From: Blastocystis sp. Blastoise
Lineage: Eukaryota > Protista > Bigyra: Opalinata
NCBI GenBank assembly: GCA_039096225.1
Contig: JBBPEB010000034.1
Coordinates: 124,001-188,000, forward strand
Length of the DNA: 64,000 nt
Direction of reading: 5' to 3'
The notes under the pieces were generated by a model. That model was not told the origin of the DNA, did not search any database, and saw only the letters and a program-made list of their open reading frames with translations. A program made the position numbers and the translations under genes. Of this stretch, positions 33,748 to 50,614 are shown piece by piece (the stretch's first letter is position 1; each line of letters begins with the position of its first letter).

Positions 33748-36700
33748 ATGGATAATAATCAAGAAAATAATCAAGATAAATGGACTGCAATTAATTCTAA
33801 TGGAGATTCCATTTCTAGTGATGGCTCCGAAAATCCTTCTCAAGCGAATACAGGTATATACATATATATAAGGAGAGAGAAAACTGTTTATTTGTGTATA
33901 AAATTTTTTTCCTTTTTAATTCATTATATTTATTTTAAAATTAAGAAATATGTACATTTATGGTGTTCTATATTCATTCTGATATTCAAATTTACTTTAT
34001 AGGGATCGATCAATCACAAGATGCCATAACAGATGATGTAAATCCACATCTTTTTCATCCAGTAGCTCCAATTCCATCAAACCCTGCTGCCGAGACTAGT
34101 GTCACAAGCATGTCCAATATATTTCCAAGTGTTTCAGGCGTTTTTAATCCACTTACAGAAAGTAAAATAAGTGTTTTAGAAACTATTATTGAAAATAAAA
34201 ATAACGTTCCTTCTACGAATGATATGAATAATAATATTCCTCCTCCTCCTATGAATGATATTAAAGATGATATTCCTCCTCCTCCTATGAATGATATGAA
34301 TGATAATATAGCTATTCCTCTTCCTCCTATGAATAATATGAATGATAATATTCCTCCTCCTATTAATGATATTAAAGATGATATTCCTCCTCCTCCTATG
34401 AATGGTATGAATAATAATATTCCTCCTCCTCCTATGAATAATATGAATGATGATATTCCTCCTCCTCCTATGAATAATATGAATGATAATATTCCTCCTC
34501 CTCCTATGAATAATATGAATAATAATATAGATATTCCTCCTCCTCCTATGAATAATATGAATAATAATATTCCTCCTCCTCCTATGAATGATATTAAAGA
34601 TGATATTCCTCCTCCTCCTATGAATAATATGAATGATACTGCTGGTATTCCGTCTGTAGATAGTATTGATACTTCAGGTCTTCCTTCTTTAAGTCCTATT
34701 GAGAACGATGATATACCAACAGTTGATGAAGTAATGAATGAACCAGATACTCCTGTTGCTCATAATATTGAAGATATAACTATTCCTCCTATAGGTAATA
34801 ATCTGCATATCTCTATGAATAATAATGAAAACGATTTTTATACTCCTGTTATTATTCCATCTATCACCAGCATACGCACTTCAAATAATTATAGCAACTC
34901 TTTAACAGAAAGTAAAACTAATATTTTACAAGATTATTTAGGTACCTTGACATCGCCTATCCCTTCAGAGTGCAATAATAGTATTACTATTCCTTCTCTA
35001 CCTAGTGAAAACTCTATTAATAGTATCACTTCTACTAGCGGAACTGAAAATATATCAGCTAATACTGATTCTATAGATAATAATAATACTAATTCTATAG
35101 ATAATAATAATAATACTGATTCTATAGATAATAATAACACTAATTCTATAGATAATAATAATAATACTATTCCAATAGATAATAATAATAATACTAATTC
35201 TATAGATAATAATAATGCTATTCCAATAGATAATAATACTATTATTCCTACTACTACTCCTACTACAAGTGTATTTCAAGTTGATAATATATTTCCTTTG
35301 AACTCTGTTATATTCTCTAAATTTAAAGATGAAGATATTAAGAATATAAAGCCTTTTATTGAAAACTCTAATCCTATGAATATCAATACTATGGAACCTC
35401 CTATAAATAACGATACTATTCCTCCTCTTCCTATGACTATTAATAATAATAATGATAATATTAATAGTAATAATAATACTATTCCTCCTCTTCCTATGAC
35501 TATTAATAATAATGATAATACTACTAATAATAATAATACTATTCCTCCTCTTCCTATTCCTTCTATGAATAATGCTAATAATAATAATGATAATAATAAT
35601 AATAATACTATTCCTAATCCTAATAATAATACTATTCTTCCTCCTCTTCATCCAATGGATAATCCATTCGCTCCTTTTCCTTCTTTTTCTTCTTTAGCAA
35701 ATATTAAAAGTTCTAACAATGATACTAATAATATACATCAAAATAACACGAATGAAAGTTCTCCTATGACATCTTCTTCTGGTAATACTTCATTAAATAT
35801 GCCTTCAAGTATACCTTCAAGTATACCTTCAAGTATACCTTCAAGTATACCCTCTATGCTATGTCTTGATAGTATTCAAGATCTTAGTGCTCAAGGTATA
35901 AATAAACAACTTAAGAATAACGTTGATATAAAAGAAATACCTACTAATATAAATGAATCAATTCCTTCTATTCCTAATGGACCTCTACTCTCTAATTCAC
36001 TTGCAAATAATAATAATAATAATGATAATGATAATTTAGTTAATGATATACCTGCCTTTAATTTATTATCTCCCATGGGAATGATGGCAGATCAGTTTAC
36101 TAACACTCATACTCTACCTATTCCTTCACCTATACCTAATCCTTCATATAATATACCTACTAATGTACCTACTAATATACCTACTAATGTACCTACTAAT
36201 ATACCTACTAATATACCTACTAATGTACCTACTAATATACCTACTAATATACCTACTAATATACCTACTAATATACCTACTAATATACCTACTAATATAC
36301 CTACTAATATACCTACTAATATACCTACTAATATACCTACTAATATACCTACTAATATACCTACTAATATACCTACTAATATACCTACTAATGTACCTAC
36401 TAATATACCTACTAATATACCTACTAATGTACCTACTAATATACCTACTAATATACCTACTAATATACCTACTAATATACCTACTAATGTACCTACTAAT
36501 ATACCTACTAATATACCTACTAATATACCTACTAATATACCTACTAATATACCTACTAACATACCTACTAATATACCTACTAATATACCTACTAATATAC
36601 CTACTAATATACCTACTAACATACCTACTAATATACCTACTGATGTACTTCATCCTTCTGGTAATATATATACATCTAATAATACTTCTACAACAATACC

Positions 36701-39349
36701 TCCTCCAATTTTTTCCAATCCATTTTCTAATTCTGCTATTGCTTCTTCATCATCTTCATCATCAATATCATCACCAATAAATGATCAATCTCTGAGTCAT
36801 TCTATACTTAATGAACAAGATGATATACAAAATCATTCACAATTTCCTCCACAAGTTAAATTGAATACATTACCAATTATACATAATGATAATCAAAATA
36901 AGAAGAAATTTATTCCACCTCCACCTATTCTTGATACAAAATTAGTATCTCTTCCTTATGATGATAATAATAATCAAACTAAGAACTCAAATATAAATAA
37001 TACAAAGCAAGCTGGAATTCCTTCTATTGGTCAAAGTATTCAACAAATAGAACCATCTCAAAATGATAATACTCAACAGATTCCTTCTTTTAGACAATAT
37101 ATAGATACTGAATCTAAGGAAATCTCTTTAAATACTCAAGGAACCAAATATATATATACTTCTCTATCTTCTCATGAAGAAGATAAGCATCAATATAATA
37201 ATAATAATGAATTACAACTTACAGAAAGTACTATATATCACCCAGATTGTGATTCTACACTTCATATGATTGGTCAATCATCACCGATAACCAATGATAT
37301 TCAACTGTTTCCTCCTAAACCAGATGACAATACACAACCAACTTTATCCGGATATAATGATGCTCATAATCCTATAAATATAAATGATGAACATATAAAG
37401 AATGATAATAAAAACAAACATATTGAGAGTACTATTAATCTTTATGACGATTCAAAAGAAGAAGGAAATAAAGAACAAAGTGATATAGTTAATGTTTCAA
37501 ATCCTAATGATCCTATTAATCAGTCTGAGTATAACTCAGATTCTAATGATATAAATAATAAAATATTTTCTATTGAAAGTAGTGTTATTGATAAGAATCC
37601 TCCTCGTTCTGTGAATATACCTAGTTCACCAATGCAAGAAATATCTGCTAGATCTCCGAATGATGAAAACAATCAAACTCAATATACTAGTGATGGTATA
37701 CCTACAAATGATGGTATACCTATAAATAGTATTATACCTACAAATAATATTATACCTACAAATGATGGTATACCTACAAATAATATTATACCTACAAATA
37801 ATATTATACCTACAAATAATATTATACCTACAAATGATCCTATACCTACAAATAATATTATACCTACAAATGATAGTAATACACCTCCTCAACCCTATTC
37901 TATACCTAATATGAACACAACACTAAAATTAATAGGCACTCTAAGTAATCCATGTGAAGAACCTGAGGGCCTTCAAACAACTACATTAGATGATTTTTAT
38001 GCTAGTCTTGAAAGAGATCAGCAAGAAAACAATTATTATCAACCTACATTATCGACACATTCTTATGATATTAATATAGGTGCTTCCCAAGGATCAATAA
38101 ATACTTCTTCTTATGACAATCAAGGTATATATGATCAAATCAATATACAACAACAACAAGTAAATAATGACTTTTATGGAGTAAGAAATCCTATGTATAC
38201 TAATGCTCTCTTCCAAGGACAAAATATAGATCAAACAATACAATATCCTAATAATCAAATCTATATGAATCCTGCTATTAATGAATCTATTCCTCCTCCT
38301 CCTCCATCTATTCTTAATATGAATGATATGAATAATATGAATAATATGAATAATATAAATAATAATATGAATAATAATATGAATAATATGAATAATATGA
38401 ATAATATGAATAATAATATAAATTATATGAATAATAATATGAATAATATGAATAATAATATAAATTATATGAATAATAATATGAATAATATGAATAATAT
38501 AAATAATATAAATCATGTAGATGTTTCATTTGATATGAATACTATTCCAGTACCTCCAGAACATCTCATTAATAGTCATTCTGCACCTCCTTCTCCTCCT
38601 GTTTCTCCTGCTCCTTCTTTTGTATATGAATCTCCTGCTCCTCTTTTCTCAGAAGAAAACATAATTAATCACAGAAACTTTAATAATGAAAATAACATAT
38701 CTAATATTCAAGAAGGAATGAATATGAATAATAATATGAATAATAATATGAATATTATTGACACTCAGGCGGCTACAAATCTACCTTATAATAATCAACA
38801 ACAACAATATAATCAACAATATAATCCTCAACAATATAATCCTCAACAATATAATCAACCTCAACCTCAACAACAACAATATAATCCTCAACAGTATAAT
38901 CAACCTCAACCTCAACAACAACAATATAATCCTCAACAATATAATCAACCTCAACCTCAACCTCAACCTCAACAACAACAATATAATCCTCAACAATATA
39001 GTCAACCTCAACAACAATATAGTCAACCTCAACAACAATATAGTCAACCTCAACAACAATATAGTCAACCTCAACAACAACAAATGCTATATGGTAATCA
39101 AACTTCCATGATGAATCCGTTAGCCATGCCAACTACAGGTACAGGGGTGAATCCAAATTATAATAATAATAATAATAATATGAATTCTTCATATATGTAT
39201 CCTTCTCCTAATCAACAACAATATAATTCTCCATATCCTTCACAACAGTATATATATATTAATAATAATATATAGGGTATAATATCTATATTTATTTTAT
39301 ATATTCTATTCTTTATATCTATAGGAGTAATTATTATGGATACTCATAA
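33748..39349 (+). CDS. About 1800-aa P/N/I/T-rich low-complexity protein (3 exons)
   Basis: 5.2-kb open middle exon (34003-39247) bounded by GT-AG introns. Repeats DIPPPPMNNM, IPTN, NIIPTN, YNPQQ and YSQPQQQ. No folded domain recognised. Confidence 0.8.
36150..36642 (+). repeat. Coding 12-bp minisatellite (ATACCTACTAAT)n encoding (I/V)PTN, about 40 copies
   Basis: Near-perfect tandem array with ATA/GTA and AAT/AAC variants. Confidence 0.95.
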
Positions 39350-39876
39350 TTTATGAACAATATTCTTTAAAACATTTCTTGTCAGATATATATAAACTCT
39401 TTTATTTTCATTTGTTAAAATAATTAATAATATTTTTTTTATGTTGTATATAGTTATTCATAGTTTATTTAAAGATATTAATAAAGTAATAACAGTTATC
39501 TTGAATTTGTTTTGTTATATATGTATATATAAACTTGTTACATTCATTATTTAATGAAATATATATATGCTAGTTTTATGAATTAAGTATTCTTTTAGTA
39601 AAAACATGAGAATAAAAACAAAACAATAAACAGGATTATTATAAGGGATAACTATAGGTTAAGAAATAGATCTAATATTTAGTATGATATTAAATTTATA
39701 TACTTTTTATAAAGAGAAATTAAAAAAAAGAAATAATGTGTAATATTTATATAAATTATATATATAAAAAAAAATTCTAATATATATATATATATTATAT
39801 ATATCGAATTCTATTTAAAGACTCATCTAGAAATAAAAATAAGATATATATATATATATATATATATATAATTCTT

Positions 39877-40785
39877 TTAATACACTTTACCGACATTATA
39901 TATTTTCTCTACCCAAGTTGTTGGTGTTTGAACTTCAGTAACAAGTGTATAAGCAAAAAAGATTCCAAGAATAATAGTAATAAATACAAGTACTGCTACT
40001 AAAACATCAGGTGTTAAATACTTACCTGTTTTTGTTGCTGTAGAAGATAGAGTAGATGTTTCAGATGAAGAAGTATATATAAAGTATAATATATAATCTC
40101 CATTATTCTTTTCATTCAATTCAGTATTTAATTTATTGATTTCTATATATTATATATTTATTAGATTAAAATAATAATAATAATAATTATTATTATTATA
40201 TATATATATATACCATCAACAGTATTAACAAAAGTTGTATTAACATTCTTTGTCTATAAAGAATAATATATATATATATTATACTATTATTATAAACTAT
40301 ATATATATATATACACTGAATATAGAGGAAAGTGATCCATCGAATTTTGTAAATATAAAACGACCTCCAGAAGATTGAACAATGGCCTAAGATAATTAAA
40401 TATTAAGAAAAATCAAATCATTAATAATTAGTACATACTTTATAGGCTTGAATGTCATATTGTTTCGTCTATAAGATAATATAAGTGATAAATAAAAAAA
40501 ATACATCATTCATTTTTGAAAGATCGGCAATAGCAATTGTTTTAGGAAATGTACTATTCTATTTAAAATAGAATTATTAAAAAAGAGACAAGATAATCTT
40601 AAAAATGAAAATAAAAGACAACATACTGAAAAAGAGTTTTGTAAATCAAAATAGTTTCTAACTAAAGTAGTTTCATATTGTTCACCAGTTAAGTACATAT
40701 TACTAGTTAAACCAAAAAGAATAGTTTTGGAGCTAGCAACAAGACAGAATGAGAGGATCAAAGAGAGTATAATTATAGACTTCAT
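39877..40785 (-). CDS. V-ATPase accessory subunit Ac45/VOA1-like type I membrane protein (6 exons)
   Basis: Signal peptide MKSIIILSLILSFCLVASS. C-terminal YLTPDVLVAVLV...AYTLVTEVQTPTTW...GKVY fits the Ac45/VOA1 TM-tail pattern (TP-x-I...I-x-TP-x-x-F). Confidence 0.65.
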
Positions 40786-41834
40786 TATGTTTTCTATACC
40801 ACGATAATGTTAGATTCTTATTTAATAAACAAAAAGCAAACAAAACTCAGAAAACGGATTTTTTTTCATTTCCATGATTCTTTAATTTTTATAGGTATAA
40901 AAAGAAAATAATCAGAAATAATTCAGTTACTGAATAAATTCATTTTCTTAATGTTTATGGTTTTATATATATGGATATTCAAAGAAGGCTATTTTAAAAG
41001 TATAATAAATATTTGATATTTATCAATGGTCTATGTTAAGAATAACTAGATATAAATTTCATAACAAAATTCTCTTTTTGATTTACAATTAAGGATTTAT
41101 CTCATATTTTTATTAATTGAAATCATGTGAATAAGCTGATGAGAGTCTTGACAATTGCTTTAAATTGCTTTTTTGTTGATTATTCATTTTCAGTTTATAG
41201 AATTCTTCTGGATCTTTTATGTTACTGGTTCTATAAGAAATTAAAAATCAATCATACTCATTGAAATGCTAAGATTCATATTATGGTAGTTAATTAGTCG
41301 AGATAAATCAATATGTATATCTATAAAAATTAATTAATATCCAAATTCTATTGCTATATTCTTTTGATGCATTAAAATCAAAATTATTGGATATGAAACA
41401 ACTCTAGAAGGTTATTCATAATCATTTATGTATATATATATTTAGTATATGTTAATTTGATTATAAAAGATACTTGCTATCAAATTAAATGAAGATATTA
41501 TGCATGCTAAATTATAATATTATAATGATTCTAAGGTAAAACTATATAATTTTTTTTGTGTCACGTGTCTTTGGACTTGTTCTTCACGAAATAAGTTCTA
41601 AATCTAGATATATTTAAAGAAACGAAGTCTTTAATTCAATATAACTATATTAGTTCTATTAGTTCTATACAAGTATGTTTAATGTTATTTTATAGAAAAA
41701 AAAATAGATTTCTGCTTTTCAATAGTGCTTCATTGTCTTTAAATTGTTATTTATATAATAATATCTATGTGTTACTAAACTTATATATTATTAGGTGCTT
41801 ATCGATCAAAAATAAACAGTAATTCCCATTTAAA

Positions 41835-42626
41835 ATGAATAAAACTAAAGAAACCGATTCTTCTATTGATGAATGTGTTCATCTGATTAAAAGTATTGAT
41901 TACATATATGGTATTGACTCAGTAAACTCACAGAATATCAAAGAAACATTATACAAGCTACTTGAATTTAACATGAATAATAAAGACCGTAATTTTGTTC
42001 GTGATTTAGATAGAAATGAGAAGTATTGTTCGATAACAGCAGATCTTCAATATATCAAGCAGAAACTTGATGATATTTTAGTTGAATATGATCATTCATT
42101 AACATATGAAAATGAAAAAATGATTCAAGAGGGTTTCTGGAGACCATTTAATACGATCTCATTTCTTCAGAAGAATGCTAATAATCTCAGAAATGACAGA
42201 AAAGTGGATGATACTAGTAAACCAAGAAATGAAGAATCAGTTGACTATCGGAAGAATAGTTCAAAAGAGGTTCAGAAAGAATCGGAATCAGAGAAACGAT
42301 CAAGAAGACCGTTACGTCCAGAATCAAAACGGATTTTGTATAGATGGTTATACGAACATGTTGATTATCCATATCCTACATTAAATGATCAGTTGTTATT
42401 GAGTGAACAAACAAATTTAAGTTTTACACAAGTTAATAATTGGTTTATTAATACAAGAAAACGATATTTGAATAGAAAAGGATATAAAAAGGAGTTTTCT
42501 GATTTTTTATCGAATGAACCTTTTATTGAAGATTATGACCATATAGATAATTCAAATAATGATGATGAACATATAAGTATAAATAATAATAATGAAAATG
42601 ATTATGATGCTTATGGTTTAAATTGA
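41835..42626 (+). CDS. TALE-class homeodomain transcription factor, intronless
   Basis: RRPLRPESKRILYRWLYEHVDYPYPT...TNLSFTQVNNWFINTRKR, with the PYP loop and WFIN. Confidence 0.92.
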   Translation: MNKTKETDSSIDECVHLIKSIDYIYGIDSVNSQNIKETLYKLLEFNMNNKDRNFVRDLDRNEKYCSITADLQYIKQKLDDILVEYDHSLTYENEKMIQEGFWRPFNTISFLQKNANNLRNDRKVDDTSKPRNEESVDYRKNSSKEVQKESESEKRSRRPLRPESKRILYRWLYEHVDYPYPTLNDQLLLSEQTNLSFTQVNNWFINTRKRYLNRKGYKKEFSDFLSNEPFIEDYDHIDNSNNDDEHISINNNNENDYDAYGLN

Positions 42627-42633
42627 TAAATAA

Positions 42634-42673
<40 letters not shown>

Positions 42674-42921
42674 AATGATAGAAATGTTGTTTCGTTTTGT
42701 AATAGGCACTCTATTTTTTGTTTTAATTATAATCTTTATAACTAAAAGCAAAAAAGTAAATAATTATTAAAAAAAACACTAATAAGAATAGATTTATATA
42801 TATAGATTACGTGTATATAATAAATAAAGAATTTGACAAAACAATTTATTTAATAGCATCGAAAAATAAATACTAAAATAGTGAGAAAAAAGAACAAAAA
42901 AGAAACTGAAAAGGCATAATT

Positions 42922-42966
<45 letters not shown>

Positions 42967-43151
42967 GCGATGACAATAGTAGGAATATAATAATTTATTT
43001 GAAAATGTTTAGATATATATATTATATATACATATATATAGACTTTATAAAAAAGAATAAGAAGAATATAAAAAAAAAATAGTAAATATAAACAAAGAAT
43101 CATAAAAAAATAATTGAATAATATATATATGTATATATATATGTATATAAA

Positions 43152-46288
<3,137 letters not shown>

Positions 46289-46888
46289 CTTATATGAATC
46301 TTTATTTTAATAAAAGAAAACCACTAAGGAATCAAGTAATTCTTTTAAAAAACTCAGTTTTACTTTTTTTACAAAAATGAAAATTATATAAATTCTGACT
46401 TTATTTCATTAAAATACCACGGTTATTTCAGAGGACGAAATAACTAACATTGTCTAAAAAATGCATTAGAGTTTTTTAGTAATTTATTTTTTAATTTCTA
46501 TTTTCAAATTTTCAAATATTTTATTATAAATATTAATTGAAATAGATGTGAGTTAATAGGAGAGAATGGATAACAAAATAAAGGAAAAGAAGAACAAGAA
46601 ATTATTGAAACCCATTAAACATATAGTAATAAAAAATGTAAATGATAATATTGGAAAGAATACTCATGATCATGTAAAAAAAAATACATATTAATTTAAT
46701 ATATTCCTTTCCTATCTGATATATATATATATCAGACACAAAAAAAAACAATATAAAAAAGAAGAATAAAAAAAAAAGAATAATGAAACAAAAAAAAAAA
46801 GCAAGAATTTATTTATAAAATAAGTAGAAAGCAAGATTAATAATAACAGAATGGAGAAGAATACAGTAGTTACTCTATGTATATATAA

Positions 46889-47555
46889 TTATAATTCATT
46901 TCCAACAGTAACCCAGTTATTTCTCAAATTATTTCGACGCCCAAAAATCTCCATAAAATAACCTATATATAATATAATAATAATAAGTTTAATAAATAAT
47001 AATAATAATACTATATATATATATATAGTATTATAATAATATATATATATACCATTTGGAATAACTTGTTCAATAATTTTATAGAGTTCCATTGGTTTTT
47101 GACTCTGTCCTGTTCTCTCTGCCCATATAATGTCACTTAATAAATTCAATTTTGCAGCAGGAACTGAACCCTGTAGAATAAGATATATGTATAATCATAA
47201 ATAAAATAGTAAATATTATAATAAATTCTTCATAATTTTTATACAAATTTTTATACTAAATTTTTATTTATAAATAGAATAAAAAATAGAATAATAAAAT
47301 GTATTATATATAAATATTTATATATACTCTTTTTGCAATAAGACATGTTTCTTTACTATGTTGAAGATAATAACCGTGGGACTTGGCTAGTCTTCTACTT
47401 TTTGTACATTTCACCCAACTAATCTCATCAATATATCTATATATAAAAAGATATTTAATAAATAGTATATTCAAGATATTTAATAATATATACATTATAA
47501 TAACAGCAAATATAAAATATATTAAACATTAATGCTAATGATAAATATAATATAG

Positions 47556-47594
<39 letters not shown>

Positions 47595-47753
47595 TATTCA
47601 AATCCCCATTTATTCATCATATCAAAGGCTTGTCGGTATTTGGCGTTAATTACCCATATAAATAGAAGACCATTGGGAACCAAAATATTCACGGGAATCT
47701 CTTGAATTAAAGAATCATCTAATTGTTGATAAGCAATAGCTACCTATAGTTAT

Positions 47754-47809
<56 letters not shown>

Positions 47810-49487
47810 CATAATAATAATATATCTATATACTCCTCTAGTAGGGTTAGCACAGGAGAGTTGCCACGGGGGATCCATCATTAAACAATCGAAATACTGA
47901 TTCGTATATTGATGCTGTACTTCGCAGAGATGCTAAAACATAGAATATATAGAGTCATAATTATATAGATAATAAGTATAATAATACTAATAAATATAAT
48001 AATACTAATAATAAACATCAAACTAATAATAAAAAAAAACTAACAAATACCAATATAATCAACATATATAAATATAATTATTATAAAATACTATATATAT
48101 ACTTTAAAGTTAAATGTACGTATATCTGCATTAATAGGAATACTATATTGAGGAGGTTTCTCGATACTAAATAAATGACTTGTCTCTCTCATATCTATAT
48201 ATATAGAATTATAAAACATATATATAGAATCATACATATATATAGATATATAAAATATATATATATAGAATCATACAACATATTTATATAATCATAAAAT
48301 ATCTATATAAAATTATAAAACATATATATATGAATATTTAAAAAAAAAATAATACTAAATGATAATAAAAAATACATGGTTCTAATTCTGTAGCTGTAGA
48401 AGTATCGACAATCTTCTTCTTATTAGTCATAGCTTCTGTTAATATATTTATATTAATAGCTTTATCTAATAATTGATTATCTTTTAAAATCTTTCGCATC
48501 GAAGAGAAGACAGGATAAGGAGTCAAACCGATCTCCATACGATGATCATCATCATCTCGTTGCTATATAAAAATACATATAAACATGAATCTATTATGTT
48601 TTATTTTAAAAAAACGAACATTAGGCAATTAACATAAAAAACAATAATATTTATGTATATACTGGAGACACAACACCACGTTGTTCTTCATCATGAATTG
48701 AAGGAGAATTGTCTTCAAAAAGCAACTCCTGTTCTAATTTAAATATCTGATTCTGAATCTTCTTTGCTTGAAACTCTTTTGAAGATAATCCTTCATATTC
48801 ATATTCATCATTATCTATAAAAAATGATTTCAAAAACATGAACAACTTAGTTTAAGTCGAAAATACAAAAATATATATATTTAAAAAGCGAGGGAAATAA
48901 GACATAAATAGGGAGAAGACAAAAAAAAATAAAACTGGTTGATTGTCAAATATATATATAGATACCTTTATCATAATCAGAATGTCTGTTATATCGTCTG
49001 GGTGAATGGGAAGAACGAGCGGACTCGGGAGTAAAATCTTCTTCATCAGAATTATCACCGTCGTCATCAAAACCTATATAAATATATCAGTCATATATAA
49101 TTTGAAAATTTAATTAGAATGCATAGAATTACCTAAGAGATCTTCATTAATAAATTGACAATTGTCACAAATATATGTATCCATGAGTGCTGCTTGCTCT
49201 TCTGTAATTCCAACACTATATTGAATAATAAACATATAATTTGAAACGAATCTCTCTTACCATTCACAGTGATACCATGTGTCACAGTAATCACAACAGA
49301 TCATAGTTCCAGAGGGTGGACCCTTACAATAACAATACTGGCTCATCTTTCCACTGTCAAAATTCTATGTATACTAACCTCCTTGTATCAAAGAACTTGC
49401 AACTACTTTAATTTATTTTTCCACACAAAAAATTATAAATTCACACAATAACTACGATTATTTACTCATCTACCTACATATATCCAT
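46889..49487 (-). CDS. AMT1: MT-A70 family DNA N6-adenine methyltransferase of the AMT1/MTA1 clade with an N-terminal PHD finger (multi-exon; alternative start 49346)
   Basis: Spliced catalytic domain: SIPINADIRTFNF, FDCLMMDPPWQLSCANPTRGVAIAYQQLDD, FIWVINAKY, IDEISWVK, LAKSHGYYLQHSKETCLI, SDIIWAERTGQSQKP, EIFGRRNNLRNNWVTVGNEL*. N-terminal PHD: YCYCKGPPSGTMICCDYCDTWYHCECVGITEEQAALMDTYICDNC. Confidence 0.9.
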
Positions 49488-49965
49488 TATAATCGTGATT
49501 CTTAATTGTGACGCGGCTTTCAACCCACTTAAAAAAAGGCGGTCGTTTCTATATAACTAAAAACTATTTTTTATCATTCTCTGTAAATCAAATAAATTTA
49601 ATGTTTTTTAATGTAGAAAATGTAAGCGTATCACATTTACTCTTCTATTTCTTTCTTTCTATACGTTCTGAGATCTTTTGAGATTCTTTAAACAAGTTGT
49701 AGGAATACTTAAAAATTGATTTTCTTGTCTAAACTTGCTATTTATTCCAAATTTCCTATATAAACCATTCAAACATCATACTCTTTAAATTATAAAACCT
49801 TCACAATTCCAGAAACATTCAGTCATTTTCAATTCTTATTCTCATTTTTTATGAGTTTCTAGAATTCTCGTTTTCTTTTGGGTACAAATGAGAAAAAACC
49901 GCGATTCTCGCTAAACTGAACGTTTTTCTTTTCTTTTATAGTAAATTTCTTTTTAATATACTCAA

Positions 49966-50322
49966 ATGGCTAAGCATCATCCCGATTTAATTATGTGTCG
50001 TAGACTTCCTGGTCTCGGTATATTTCTTTATTTATATATCTCTATCTCATTTCTATAGCAATTGGACGTTTATGTGAAAAATGTATGTAATATTCTTGCT
50101 TTTATTTATCGAATCCTATATAGGCGATGGAAAATGCGTGATTTGCGATACATATGTCAAGCCTTGTACGTTAGTTAGAATTTGTGACGAATGTAATTAT
50201 GGTAGTCGAGATGGACGTTGTGTTATTTGTGGAGGTCCTGGTATCTCTGATGCTTACTACTGCAAAGAATGTACAATTATGGAACGTGATGTAAGTGTTG
50301 ATTTTTTTTTATATTTAGTTCT

Positions 50323-50366
<44 letters not shown>

Positions 50367-50614
50367 TTACGTGAAATTACTTTATTCAATTCATTAATTA
50401 TATGTATATATAGCGTGATGGTATGTGTAATAACCTATTATATTAAAACCACATTTCTTCATTTTGGTGATATATATATATTGTTTATATTTAAAATCTA
50501 TTCATATTCATTATATTTTTTCAATATATAGGTTGCCCAAAAATTGTTAATATAGGGTCTGCTAAAACAGATATGTTCTATGAACGAAAAAAATATGGAT
50601 TTAATAAACATTAA
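49966..50614 (+). CDS. PHF5A: SF3b splicing factor PHF5A/Rds3 (5 exons)
   Basis: [34 protein letters not shown]...[20 protein letters not shown]...[26 protein letters not shown]. Confidence 0.97.

Noticed and set aside
36107-36780. ORFs (LVGI)n, (YISR)n and (YLLI)n
   Set aside because: They are alternative frames and strands of the stop-free 12-bp coding repeat.
47590-47597. U12 (AT-AC) minor-intron explanation for the AT donors
   Set aside because: There is no ATATCCTT donor, no TCCTTAAC branch site, and the acceptors are AG.
46889-47930. Annotation as the mRNA m6A writer METTL3/IME4
   Set aside because: It lacks CCCH fingers and the METTL3 DPPWDIH and GRTGHWLNH motifs. It has AMT1-type DPPWQL, RGVAIAY and GNEL instead.
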